Assembly (NCBI RefSeq): GCF_028368995.1 | Contig: NZ_JAQNDL010000001.1 | Coordinates: forward strand, 4,448,001 to 4,512,000 | DNA: 64,000 nucleotides | Source of the DNA: Nannocystis bainbridge | GTDB lineage: Bacteria; Myxococcota_A; Polyangia; Nannocystales; Nannocystaceae | Direction of reading: 5' to 3' | Shown here: positions 25,344 through 33,781 of the stretch, piece by piece | How the letters are laid out: the number at the start of each line of letters is the position of its first letter | How positions within the stretch are numbered: the first letter of the stretch is position 1 | The notes under the pieces: model-generated | The model's input: only the letters and a program-made list of their open reading frames with translations | Database searches by the model: none | Told to the model about the DNA's origin: nothing | Position numbers and translations under genes: made by a program

Positions 25344-27170
25344 GTGATCACCGCCCAGAATCACTACAAGAGCAACCTGCGCGACATCTTCTTCAATCTG
25401 TTCGAGGTCCTGAAGATCCAGGAGGGGGCCCTCGGCAAGGGGGTCTATTCGAGCATGGATGAAGAGACGGTCCGCTCGACGCTCGAGGGCTACGAGGAGT
25501 TCTGTCAGAAGGAATTGGCGCCGTCGTGGGCGCTGTCGGATCGGGTCCCGCTCGAGCTCGACAAGGAGACCGGCAACGTCACGCTGCCGCCGCCGGTGGC
25601 GCGAGCGATCCGCACGACGCTCGAGCAAGGCTGGCCGCTGCTCAACCTGCCCGAGCACCTCGGAGGCAGCGGCGCGCCGCACTCGGTGGCGTGGAGCGCG
25701 TTCGAGCTGACGGCCGGCGCCAACGCGGCGGTGGCGTTCTATCTGCTCGGGCCGCTCATCGCCCATATCATCGACCGCCTCGGCACCGAGGAGCAGCGCC
25801 GGCGCTTCGCCAAGCCGATGATCGACGGCCAGTGGGGCGGCTCGATGGTGCTGACGGAGCCCGACGCGGGCTCGGACGTCGGCGCGAGCCGGACCCGGGC
25901 GCGCCAGGTCGAGGGCGGGGTGTGGGAGATCGATGGCGTCAAGCGCTTCATCACCAACGGGGACTTCGACGCGGCCGACAATATCGTGCACCTGGTGCTG
26001 GCGCGCCCCGAAGGCGCGGGCCCGGGGACGAAGGGGCTGTCGATGTTCATCGTGCCCAAGTTCTGGGTGAACGAGGACGGCAGCCTCGGCGAGCGCAACG
26101 GGGTCTACTGCACCAACATCGAGCACAAGATGGGGATCAAGGCCTCGGCGACCTGCGAGATGACGTTCGGCGAGCGTCACCCGGCCCGCGGCTTCCTGGT
26201 CGGCGAGGTCCACGACGGCATCCGCCAGATGTTCCACGTCATCGAGCACGCGCGCATGGCCGTCGGCGCCAAGTCGATGGCGACGCTGTCGACGGCGTAC
26301 CTCAACGCGCTCGAGTACGCGAAGATCCGCGTGCAGGGCTCGGACCTGCTGCGCGCGACCGACAAGACGGCGCCGCGCGTGCGGATCATCGAGCACCCCG
26401 ACGTGCGCCGGATGCTGATGCTGCAGAAGTCGTTCGCCGAGGGCATGCGCGCGCTGACGCTGTTCACGGCGTCGGTGCAGGACCAGATCGAGCTGACGGG
26501 CGGCCACGGGGCGGCGGCCAGCGACGACCTCGACAAGCTGAACGACCTGCTGCTGCCGCTGGTGAAGGGCTACTGCTCGGAGAAGGTGTACGAGCTGCTG
26601 GCGGTGTCGCTGCAGACGTACGGCGGCTCGGGCTACTGCCAGGACTACCCGATCGAGCAGTACATCCGCGACCAGAAGATCGACTCGCTGTACGAGGGCA
26701 CGACGCACATCCAGGCGCTCGACCTGTTCTTCCGCAAGATCGTGCGCGACGGCGGGTCGACGCTGCGCAGCCTGATGGGCCGCATCGAGGCGACGCTCGC
26801 CGAGGTCGATGCGAAGGGGCCGCTGGGGGTCGAGCACGCGGCGATGTCGCGGGCGCTGGCCGACCTGCAAGGCATCTACATGACGATGCCGGCGAAGCTG
26901 CAGGAGTCGCTGTACCACGTCGGCTTCCAGGGCAACCGGATCCTGTTCGCCACCGCCGAGGTGGTGATCGGCTGGCTGCTGCTGCGCCAGGGCGCGGTGG
27001 CGGCCGAGCGGCGCGAGACGGCGACCGACAAGGACCGCGACTTCTATCAGGGCAAGCTGGCGGCGGTCCGGTTCTACGCCCGCAACGTGCTGCCGGGCGT
27101 CACGCTGACGCGCAAGTTGATCGAGCAGGGCACGCTCGAGCTGATCGAGGTGCCCGAGGCGGCGTTCTGA
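25344..27170 (+). CDS. Acyl-CoA dehydrogenase (FadE5-like, ~600 aa)
   Basis: HYKSNLRDIFFNLFEV, MVLTEPDAGSDVG, G.KRFIT.GD, EHKMGIKAS.TC, RDQKIDSLYEGTTHIQ; GTG start inferred. Confidence 0.92.
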   Translation: MITAQNHYKSNLRDIFFNLFEVLKIQEGALGKGVYSSMDEETVRSTLEGYEEFCQKELAPSWALSDRVPLELDKETGNVTLPPPVARAIRTTLEQGWPLLNLPEHLGGSGAPHSVAWSAFELTAGANAAVAFYLLGPLIAHIIDRLGTEEQRRRFAKPMIDGQWGGSMVLTEPDAGSDVGASRTRARQVEGGVWEIDGVKRFITNGDFDAADNIVHLVLARPEGAGPGTKGLSMFIVPKFWVNEDGSLGERNGVYCTNIEHKMGIKASATCEMTFGERHPARGFLVGEVHDGIRQMFHVIEHARMAVGAKSMATLSTAYLNALEYAKIRVQGSDLLRATDKTAPRVRIIEHPDVRRMLMLQKSFAEGMRALTLFTASVQDQIELTGGHGAAASDDLDKLNDLLLPLVKGYCSEKVYELLAVSLQTYGGSGYCQDYPIEQYIRDQKIDSLYEGTTHIQALDLFFRKIVRDGGSTLRSLMGRIEATLAEVDAKGPLGVEHAAMSRALADLQGIYMTMPAKLQESLYHVGFQGNRILFATAEVVIGWLLLRQGAVAAERRETATDKDRDFYQGKLAAVRFYARNVLPGVTLTRKLIEQGTLELIEVPEAAF

Positions 27171-27367
27171 GCCGTCGCTCAGACGAGGCGGCCGCGCACG
27201 GCGGCCGCGCACGGACCGGCCTCTGCGGGGCGACGCAGGGCCGGTCTTTCTCGTGTCCGCGGCCCCGCGACCGCAGGTCGCAGCGGGGGCGCTCACGATC
27301 GCCGCTCGCCCGCCGGCTCGCGGAGGGACGCGCGCGTGCGGAGGAAATTGCTACTCTCCGCGCGACC

Positions 27368-28120
27368 ATGACTCACCGCGCTTCGCTCGTCCTCTCGCTC
27401 CTCGTGTTCGCCTGTCAAAATCCCGCGGGGCCGCCGGCGGCCAAGACGGGGCCGGAGGTCAAGGCGACCGAGCCGCCGGCGAAGAGCGACCCGCACGCGG
27501 TGAACCCCCACGCCGCCGATCCGCACGCGGGCAACCCCCACGCGGCCGGGCCGCACGGGGCGGAGCCGGCGGCGGAGACGTCGCGGCCGGCGCGTGAGCC
27601 GGTCAATCCGCACGAGGTGACGCCGAGCGGCAAGACGCGCGAAGAGGTGGTGCCCGGGCTCAACTACAAGGTGCCGGAGGAGTGGACGCGCAAGCCGGGC
27701 TCGTCGGCGATGCGCCTGGCCGAGTTCGTGCTGCCGGGGCCGGGCGGCGACGCGGAGCTGGCGGTGTACCGCTTCGCCGGCGGTGGCGGCGACGCGAAGT
27801 CGAACGTGCACCGCTGGCGCACGCAGTTCGCCAAGTCGGACGGGTCGCCGCTCGGCGACAGCGACGGCGAGGTGCAGGAGGTGACCCGCGAGGCGCTGAA
27901 GCTGACGCTGGTCGACCTGAAGGGGACGTACATCGCCCAGGTGACGCCGGGGGCGTCGGAGCGCTACGCCGACCCGAACTACCGCATGCTGGCGGTGATC
28001 GTCGAGGGCGCGGGCGACCCGTACTTCTTCAAGGCGGTCGGGCCGGAGACGACGCTGAACGTGTGGAAGCCGACCTTCACGTCGTTCGCCGACGCGATCG
28101 AGGTCATCACGGCGAAGTGA
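27368..28120 (+). CDS. Lipoprotein with xPHAx His repeats and a conserved unknown C-terminal domain
   Basis: MTHRASLVLSLLVFAC lipobox; DPHAVNPHAADPHAGNPHAAGPHG; C-terminal 250 aa of the 25526-28120 ORF. Confidence 0.78.
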   Translation: MTHRASLVLSLLVFACQNPAGPPAAKTGPEVKATEPPAKSDPHAVNPHAADPHAGNPHAAGPHGAEPAAETSRPAREPVNPHEVTPSGKTREEVVPGLNYKVPEEWTRKPGSSAMRLAEFVLPGPGGDAELAVYRFAGGGGDAKSNVHRWRTQFAKSDGSPLGDSDGEVQEVTREALKLTLVDLKGTYIAQVTPGASERYADPNYRMLAVIVEGAGDPYFFKAVGPETTLNVWKPTFTSFADAIEVITAK

Positions 28121-28122
28121 GC

Positions 28123-28176
28123 TGTCCTTCGGGACAGGAGATCATGAGGACATGTCGTGAAGGACATGTCCTCGGG
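28123..28176. repeat. 14-bp unit array
   Basis: TGTCCTTCGGGACA...GGACATGTCGTGAAGGACATGTCCTCGGG between convergent stops 28120 and 28185. Confidence 0.8.
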
Positions 28177-28184
28177 TGCAGGCT

Positions 28185-28781
28185 TCAGGCCTGGGCCCAC
28201 AGGGCGGTGAAGGCGGCGACCTCGGCGTCGAGCAGGATGTCGAGGTCGGGGCCGTCGTGCATGCAGAGCAGGCGCTTGCGGCGGACGTCGAGGACGGCGA
28301 TCGCGGCGTCGCGCGGGGTCTGCTCGCCGAGGACGCGGGCCATCAGTCGGGCGGCGATGTCCGAGAGGGTGTGCGGCAGCGGGTCCTCTTTGAAGTAGAG
28401 CTTGATGACGTGCGGGCGCCCTTCGATCTCGAGGCCGAGCTCGGGGTTGACGCTGATCGGGAGGCCCTGAAGGCTGCCGATCTGCCAGCCGGGCTCGAAC
28501 CACTCGATGCGCCGCTGACCCCACCAGCCGAGATACGCCTCGGCGATGTTGTCGAAGCGACCGCCAGCGTTGGCCCGGGTGAGGTGGTCACGCAGCTCCC
28601 ACTTGGTGGTGGAGGCGGCGTGGGTGCGGATGATGGCCTCGCGCACGGGCCGGTAGAGGTCGCCGGTGGCGGTGTAGGGGCCGCGGTGCTTGATGTCGCG
28701 CACCTTGGCCAGCTTGCCGGTCATGCTGGGCCGGCCGACGAAATCGACGAAGTCGGTCAACGAGATGCGAGTCGAGTCCAT
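28185..28781 (-). CDS. Conserved hypothetical protein (198 aa)
   Basis: Globular-looking composition and good codon bias; SD GAGGGAG upstream; ISVNPELGL...VIKLYFK...VLDVRR motifs. Confidence 0.75.
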   Translation of the reverse strand: MDSTRISLTDFVDFVGRPSMTGKLAKVRDIKHRGPYTATGDLYRPVREAIIRTHAASTTKWELRDHLTRANAGGRFDNIAEAYLGWWGQRRIEWFEPGWQIGSLQGLPISVNPELGLEIEGRPHVIKLYFKEDPLPHTLSDIAARLMARVLGEQTPRDAAIAVLDVRRKRLLCMHDGPDLDILLDAEVAAFTALWAQA

Positions 28782-29263
28782 ACGCTCCCTCAGTCGAAGA
28801 AGAACGTAGGCGATGGCTTTGATCCGCTGCGGATCAAGCCTGCGAGGCCGTGGAACGGCGAATTCAGGGCGTCTGCGCGATCACCCGGGCGCTGATCCGG
28901 ATCAGATCAGGGGGCCGTGAATAGCGCGGCCCAAAAAATGCGCGGTGAACGGTGAGCGCGGCGAAGGTGCGAAGGCGACGACGCGGGCAGGCGAGCGGCC
29001 GCGAGGCCCGTCCTACCGAGGTCGCGGCGGCGCATCCTCTTCAGCGGTCGTAGAGGTGGCTGCGAGCGAGCGGCGCGCCGAGGAGTCGCCCTCGGGCGCG
29101 AGGCAGGTCGCCGGCGTTGCTGTCATCCTCGCGGGGCGGCGGTCGCTGACGCCGTCGCGTGGGTGCTGGCTTGGCTGTCATCCGCGAGGCGCGTGGCATG
29201 CGAGGTCGTCGATTCGACGTCCTCAAGCGCTACCGGTGCGAGGTAGCGATGCGCTCGAGGGGC

Positions 29264-29704
29264 TCAGGCGCAGCGGGCACACTGGCCCTTGATGAGGATC
29301 TCGGAGATGTTGCCGACGACCGACTTGTTCGAGCCCGGGGCGGGGGTGAGCTTGACGCGCACGGTCGAGAGGCAGGTGACCTCGCCGCACTGGGTGCAGA
29401 CGAAGTGCGGGTGCTCGGGGTGATGGGCCTCGCGGGCGCGCAGCTCGAAGCGCCAGACGTTGTCGCCGAGGTTGATGCGGTTGAGCAGGCCGGCGCGGGT
29501 GAGGTCGATGAGGTTGCGGTAGAGGGTGGCGGCGTCGAAGCCGTGGTGGGCGAGGGCCTCGACGAGCTCGCCGTGGCTGGAGGGGGTGCCGGTGCCGTGG
29601 AGGTGCTCGAGGACGGCGATCCGGGGGCCGGTGACGCGGAGGCCGGCCTCGCGAATGGCGTCGCGCAGGAGGTCGAGCGAGGCGCGGGCTTTGGGGCGCG
29701 GCAT
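29264..29704 (-). CDS. Fur-family transcriptional regulator
   Basis: GLRVT.PRIAVL, ATLYRNL, HPHFVCTQCG and GQCARC zinc motifs; C-terminal 146 aa of the 29264-30262 ORF. Confidence 0.92.
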   Translation of the reverse strand: MPRPKARASLDLLRDAIREAGLRVTGPRIAVLEHLHGTGTPSSHGELVEALAHHGFDAATLYRNLIDLTRAGLLNRINLGDNVWRFELRAREAHHPEHPHFVCTQCGEVTCLSTVRVKLTPAPGSNKSVVGNISEILIKGQCARCA

Positions 29705-29809
29705 GCTGCAAGAGGATAGCACCGGCGGCCCAACCGCAGCAGCAGCCCGGGGCGGGCTCACGCGGGCCGGCCGCAGCGGAGGTCGTGGCTGTGGTATGCG
29801 GGGCTCGCC

Positions 29810-30376
29810 ATGACGATCAAGTCTGACCGCTGGATCCGCCAGATGTCGCAGGAGCACCGGATGATCGAGCCGTTCGAGCCGTACCAGGTGCGCGAGACGG
29901 ACGGTCGGCGGGTGGTGTCGTTCGGCACTTCGAGCTACGGCTACGATGTCCGCTGCGCGCCCGAGTTCAAGATCTTCACGAACATCAACTCGGCGGTGGT
30001 CGACCCGAAGGACTTCCAGCGGAACAGCTTCGTCGACTTCACGGGCGACATGTGCATCATCCCGCCCAACTCGTTCGCGCTGGCCCGCACGGTCGAGTAC
30101 TTCCGGATCCCCCGCGACGTGCTCGTGATCTGCCTCGGCAAGTCGACGTACGCGCGCTGCGGGATCATCGTCAACGTGACGCCGCTCGAGCCCGAGTGGG
30201 AGGGCCACGTGACGCTCGAGTTCTCCAACACGACGCCGCTGCCGGCCCGGATCTACGCCCACGAAGGGGTGGCGCAGATGCTGTTCTTCCAGTCCGACGA
30301 GGCGTGCGAGACGTCGTATGCGGATCGCGGCGGGAAGTATCAGGGCCAGCGCGGGGTGACGCTGCCGCAGGCGTGA
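29810..30376 (+). CDS. dcd: dCTP deaminase
   Basis: [59 protein letters not shown]. Confidence 0.97.
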   Translation: MTIKSDRWIRQMSQEHRMIEPFEPYQVRETDGRRVVSFGTSSYGYDVRCAPEFKIFTNINSAVVDPKDFQRNSFVDFTGDMCIIPPNSFALARTVEYFRIPRDVLVICLGKSTYARCGIIVNVTPLEPEWEGHVTLEFSNTTPLPARIYAHEGVAQMLFFQSDEACETSYADRGGKYQGQRGVTLPQA

Positions 30377-30385
30377 AGGGCCGGC

Positions 30386-30784
30386 TCAGACGGGCGTCTT
30401 CGGGCTCGACGGCGCGACGGGAGCGCTCGGGGCCTCGCTCGGGGACGTCGGCGGGCGGTTCGAGGTGGTGCCGGGCGAGGCGGGTTTGCCCATGAGGCAA
30501 CCACCGCCCGCGAGGGCGCCGAACGCGAGCGCGGCGGCGGTGGCGAGGCGCGGCAGGAGGCCGACCCGGTCCTTGAAGACGATGTCGCCCCGGGCGTCGT
30601 GGACGTAGCGAACGCAGGGCTGGTCGCCGGCGGCGAGCAAGGCCTCGGCCTCTCCCTCGCTCATGGTCGAGAGGTCGGTGACATCCTTGCGGCACAGGCG
30701 ACAGAACCGCGCGCGGCCGTCACCGTCCATCCGCTCCCAATCCGCGCTGCAGGGTTCGACGATCCGGAGGCTGTCGCTTCGCAT
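30386..30784 (-). CDS. Small protein with PC..W..M.G....RFC..C...V.DL Cys-motif domain and a hydrophobic segment
   Basis: LRIVEPCSADWERMDGDGRARFCRLCRKDVTDLSTM...CVRY; then LATAAALAFGALAGGGC. Confidence 0.7.
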   Translation of the reverse strand: MRSDSLRIVEPCSADWERMDGDGRARFCRLCRKDVTDLSTMSEGEAEALLAAGDQPCVRYVHDARGDIVFKDRVGLLPRLATAAALAFGALAGGGCLMGKPASPGTTSNRPPTSPSEAPSAPVAPSSPKTPV

Positions 30785-30925
30785 GCAGGGGCCGAACGCG
30801 CGCGACGTGGGTCCGCTTTCAGGCCGGTGAGTGCGCGGAGTCCTGGTGGCGTCCCGGCCGAGGCTCGTTGCCGCGCTCACGGGCGCAGGCCGCATCCGAA
30901 GATGGGGGCGAACCGCGGCTCGGGT

Positions 30926-31087
30926 GAAGACATGTCTTCGAGGACATGCCACGTGCGCGACCCGGCGGAAGGATGGGACGCGGCCCATGGCTCGCGTGAC
31001 GACAGGTCTTCGAGGGCGTCTTCGTTGCGGGCGCAAGCCGCCACGAATAGATGTGTCTTTGAGGGCATGTCCTGAGGGACATGCCGT
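30926..31087. repeat. Two 14-bp unit clusters
   Basis: CATG at 30931/30945; TGTCTTTGAGGGCA-TGTCCTGAGGGACA at 31054-31081. Confidence 0.75.
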
Positions 31088-31093
31088 TCGCGG

Positions 31094-33496
31094 TCAGCGG
31101 ACGCTGAAGCGGGTCGACTCGAGGCGGACGGCCTGGCGGGGGTCGGCGGGGCGGGCGAGGACCTCGTGGTCGCCCGGTTCGGCGGCGATCTTCAGCTTGT
31201 AGGGCCAGTCGCTGCGGCCGACCTCGTGGCCGTCGACGAGGAAGGCGAGCGGGCCGAAATCGACGCCGCTGCCGTCGAGCTCGGCGCGGACCTCGATGGT
31301 CTGGGCGGCGCGGCGCTGGTCGAGGGCGAACACGGTGCCGGGGGCCGGGGCGACGACGCGCAGGGTCGGGATCGCGGCCGGGCGGTCGTCGCAGCCGGGC
31401 ACGCGGGCGCGCGGGAGCCAGGGGCGGCCGAACAGGTCAGGGGTGTCGCCGCCGGCTGTCCTGAAGGACAGCCACTCGTCGTAGGCGGCCGGGAACACCA
31501 CGGCGGTGACGGAAGCCTTCGCATCGCAGCGCAGGCCGGCGGGGGCGCTGCGGTCGGGGCGGACGTGGACGTGGTAACCGCAGCTGTCCTCGGGGACATG
31601 TCCTCGGGAGAACTTGCGGTGGACGCGTTCGTCGCAGGCGGGGCCGACGGGGGCGCCGGACAGCGCGCAGACCTCCACGTCGACCAGCAGCTCGGGCTCC
31701 CACAGCGGCCGGCGCTGCGGGACGTCGGCCATGGCGCGGCGCATGACGTCGGCGAACAGCGGGCCGGCCCCGGAGGCGCCGGTGAGGCGAGCGGTCGGGG
31801 AGCCGTCGGCGTTGCCGAGCCAGACGGCGACGGTGCGCTCGCGGGTGTAGCCGACGGTCCAGGTGTCGCGGTAGCCGGACGAGGTGCCGGTCTTGACGGC
31901 GACGGGGTAGGCCAGCGCGAACGGGCCGCGGCCGTGGAGGCCACGCACGCGCGCGAGCGGGTCGGAGAGCGCCTCGGTGACGACGGCGGCGACCTCGGGC
32001 GTGAACACCTGCGCGGGCGCGGCGGGGGGATCGGTGGTGGTGAAGCGGAGGGCGATCGATTCACCGCCGCGGGCGAGGGCTACGTAGGCAGCGGCGAGCT
32101 CGCGCAGCTCGATCTCGCCGCTGCCGAGCGCGAGGGCGAGGCCGTAGTGGTCGGCGTCGCGGTCGAGGCTGCGCAGGCCGAGGTCCCGCAAGGTGCGGAG
32201 GATCGCGGCGGGGCCGAGCTCGGCGGCGAGGCGCACGGCGGGGATGTTGAGCGAGCCGGCGAGGGCCTCGCGCAGGGGGATCGGTCCCTCGAAGCCGCGG
32301 TCGAAATTCTCGGGGGTGTAGCTGCCGCCGCCGGGCTCCTGAAAGGTGGTGGGCACGTCGGCGGTGAGCTCGGGGCCGTGGTGACCGGCGGCGAAGGCGA
32401 GGCCGTAGACGAAGGGCTTGAGGGTGGAGCCGGGCTGCCGGCGCGCGCGGACCATGTCGACCTGGCCGCTGATCTCGTCGCTGTGAAAGTCGGCGCTGCC
32501 GACGTAGGCGAGGACCTCGCCGGTGCCGTTGTCGACGACGAGCACGGCGGCGTCGCTGGCCCCGCGATCGGCGATGGCGGCGAGGTGGACGCGCACGGCG
32601 CCCTCGATGTCGCGCTGGAGGTCGAGATCGAGGGTGGTGGTGGTGGCTGTCCCCGGGGACAGGCGGCCCTCGAGGCGGAGGGCATCGACGAGGTGAGGGG
32701 CGAAGAAGGGGCGGGTGAGCGGCCGGAGCTCGATCGGCTCGGCGACGGCGCGGTCGTGCTCGCGATCGGTGAGCTCGCCGGCGTCGCGCAGGGCGCCGAG
32801 GAGGGCGCGCTGGCGCAGGAGGACGCGATCGAGGTAGGCGTATGGATCGAGGTAGCTGGGGGCGCGCGGGAGGACGGCGAGGAAGGCGGCCTGGGCCCAG
32901 CTGAGGTCGTGCGGGGCGACGCCGAAGTAGCCGCGCGCGGCGGTCTCGGGGCCGGTGAGGCCGTGGCCGTAGGGCAGACGGTTGAGGTAGGCGAGCAGGA
33001 TCTCGTCCTTGCCGAGCAGCTCCTCGAGGTTCTGGGCGCGGGCGACCTCGAAGAGCTTGTCGGTTAGGCCGCGAGCGCGGGCCTGACCGCGAGCGTCGAG
33101 CATCTTGACGAGCTGCTGGGTGATGGTGCTGGCGCCGCTGACGAGGCGACCATGGCGGACGCTCTGCAAGAGGGCGCGGGCGACGGCGCTGGGGTCGAGG
33201 CCGTCGTGGTCGAAGAAGGCCCGGTCCTCGCTGACGAGGGTGGCGGTGAGGAGGCGCGGGCCGATGTCGTCGAGGTCGCGCGGCTGACCGCGCAGGCCGA
33301 GGTCGCTGGTGAGCTCGCGCAGGAGCCGGCCGCGCCGGTCGAGGACGCGGTGACCCTCGTGCCAGGTGTCGCCGAGCGCGGCGGTGGGCTCGCCGGCGCG
33401 GCTACGGATCACCGACCAGGCGCCGCAGGTGAGGGCGGAGATCGCTGCTGTCCCGAGAGACAGGCCGAGGAGCCAGCGGCGGAGGCGAGGTCGCAT
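31094..33496 (-). CDS. pbpC: Penicillin-binding protein 1C
   Basis: Transglycosylase EDRAF..H.G and GASTITQQL; transpeptidase STLK, SLN, KTGT; BiPBP_C-like tail; downstream of alpha-2-macroglobulin. Confidence 0.9.
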   Translation of the reverse strand: MRPRLRRWLLGLSLGTAAISALTCGAWSVIRSRAGEPTAALGDTWHEGHRVLDRRGRLLRELTSDLGLRGQPRDLDDIGPRLLTATLVSEDRAFFDHDGLDPSAVARALLQSVRHGRLVSGASTITQQLVKMLDARGQARARGLTDKLFEVARAQNLEELLGKDEILLAYLNRLPYGHGLTGPETAARGYFGVAPHDLSWAQAAFLAVLPRAPSYLDPYAYLDRVLLRQRALLGALRDAGELTDREHDRAVAEPIELRPLTRPFFAPHLVDALRLEGRLSPGTATTTTLDLDLQRDIEGAVRVHLAAIADRGASDAAVLVVDNGTGEVLAYVGSADFHSDEISGQVDMVRARRQPGSTLKPFVYGLAFAAGHHGPELTADVPTTFQEPGGGSYTPENFDRGFEGPIPLREALAGSLNIPAVRLAAELGPAAILRTLRDLGLRSLDRDADHYGLALALGSGEIELRELAAAYVALARGGESIALRFTTTDPPAAPAQVFTPEVAAVVTEALSDPLARVRGLHGRGPFALAYPVAVKTGTSSGYRDTWTVGYTRERTVAVWLGNADGSPTARLTGASGAGPLFADVMRRAMADVPQRRPLWEPELLVDVEVCALSGAPVGPACDERVHRKFSRGHVPEDSCGYHVHVRPDRSAPAGLRCDAKASVTAVVFPAAYDEWLSFRTAGGDTPDLFGRPWLPRARVPGCDDRPAAIPTLRVVAPAPGTVFALDQRRAAQTIEVRAELDGSGVDFGPLAFLVDGHEVGRSDWPYKLKIAAEPGDHEVLARPADPRQAVRLESTRFSVR

Positions 33497-33557
33497 CGCA
33501 GAGAGAACGCGGGAGAGGCCGGGAGTGATTCTCGCGCGAGAGGGAAAGAGCGGTGCG

Positions 33558-33709
33558 CGGGATGAGAGGCGGTGAGGCGCGCGAGACGGACGGGCGGGAT
33601 GAGAGGAGACGGGATGAGAGGAAGTGAGGCGCGCGAGACCTCGGGCGGGACGAGAGGAGACGGGATGAGAGGAGGTGAGGCGCGCGAGAAGTCGGGCGGG
33701 ACGAAAGAG
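33558..33709. repeat. Three tandem 51-52 bp purine-rich repeats
   Basis: CGGGATGAGAGGNNGTGAGGCGCGCGAGA...CGGGCGGGAYGAGAGGAGA starting at 33558, 33610, 33661 (third copy diverged at its end). Confidence 0.85.
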
Positions 33710-33781
33710 TGATTTTCGCTGGCGAATCACTCGCTGCGTCGAGCGGCGCGCGAGGGAGGTCGCGCGCCGCTCGCGGTCGGC

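Noticed and set aside
25526-27367. 864-aa ORF 25526-28120 as one protein
   Set aside because: The first 614 codons are an Arg/Gly-rich shadow frame of the acyl-CoA dehydrogenase; only 27368-28120 looks coding
33497-33730. 78-aa N-terminal extension of PbpC (LARLTSSHPVSS repeats)
   Set aside because: It is a translation of the intergenic tandem repeat; the MRPRLRR start gives a normal signal-anchor
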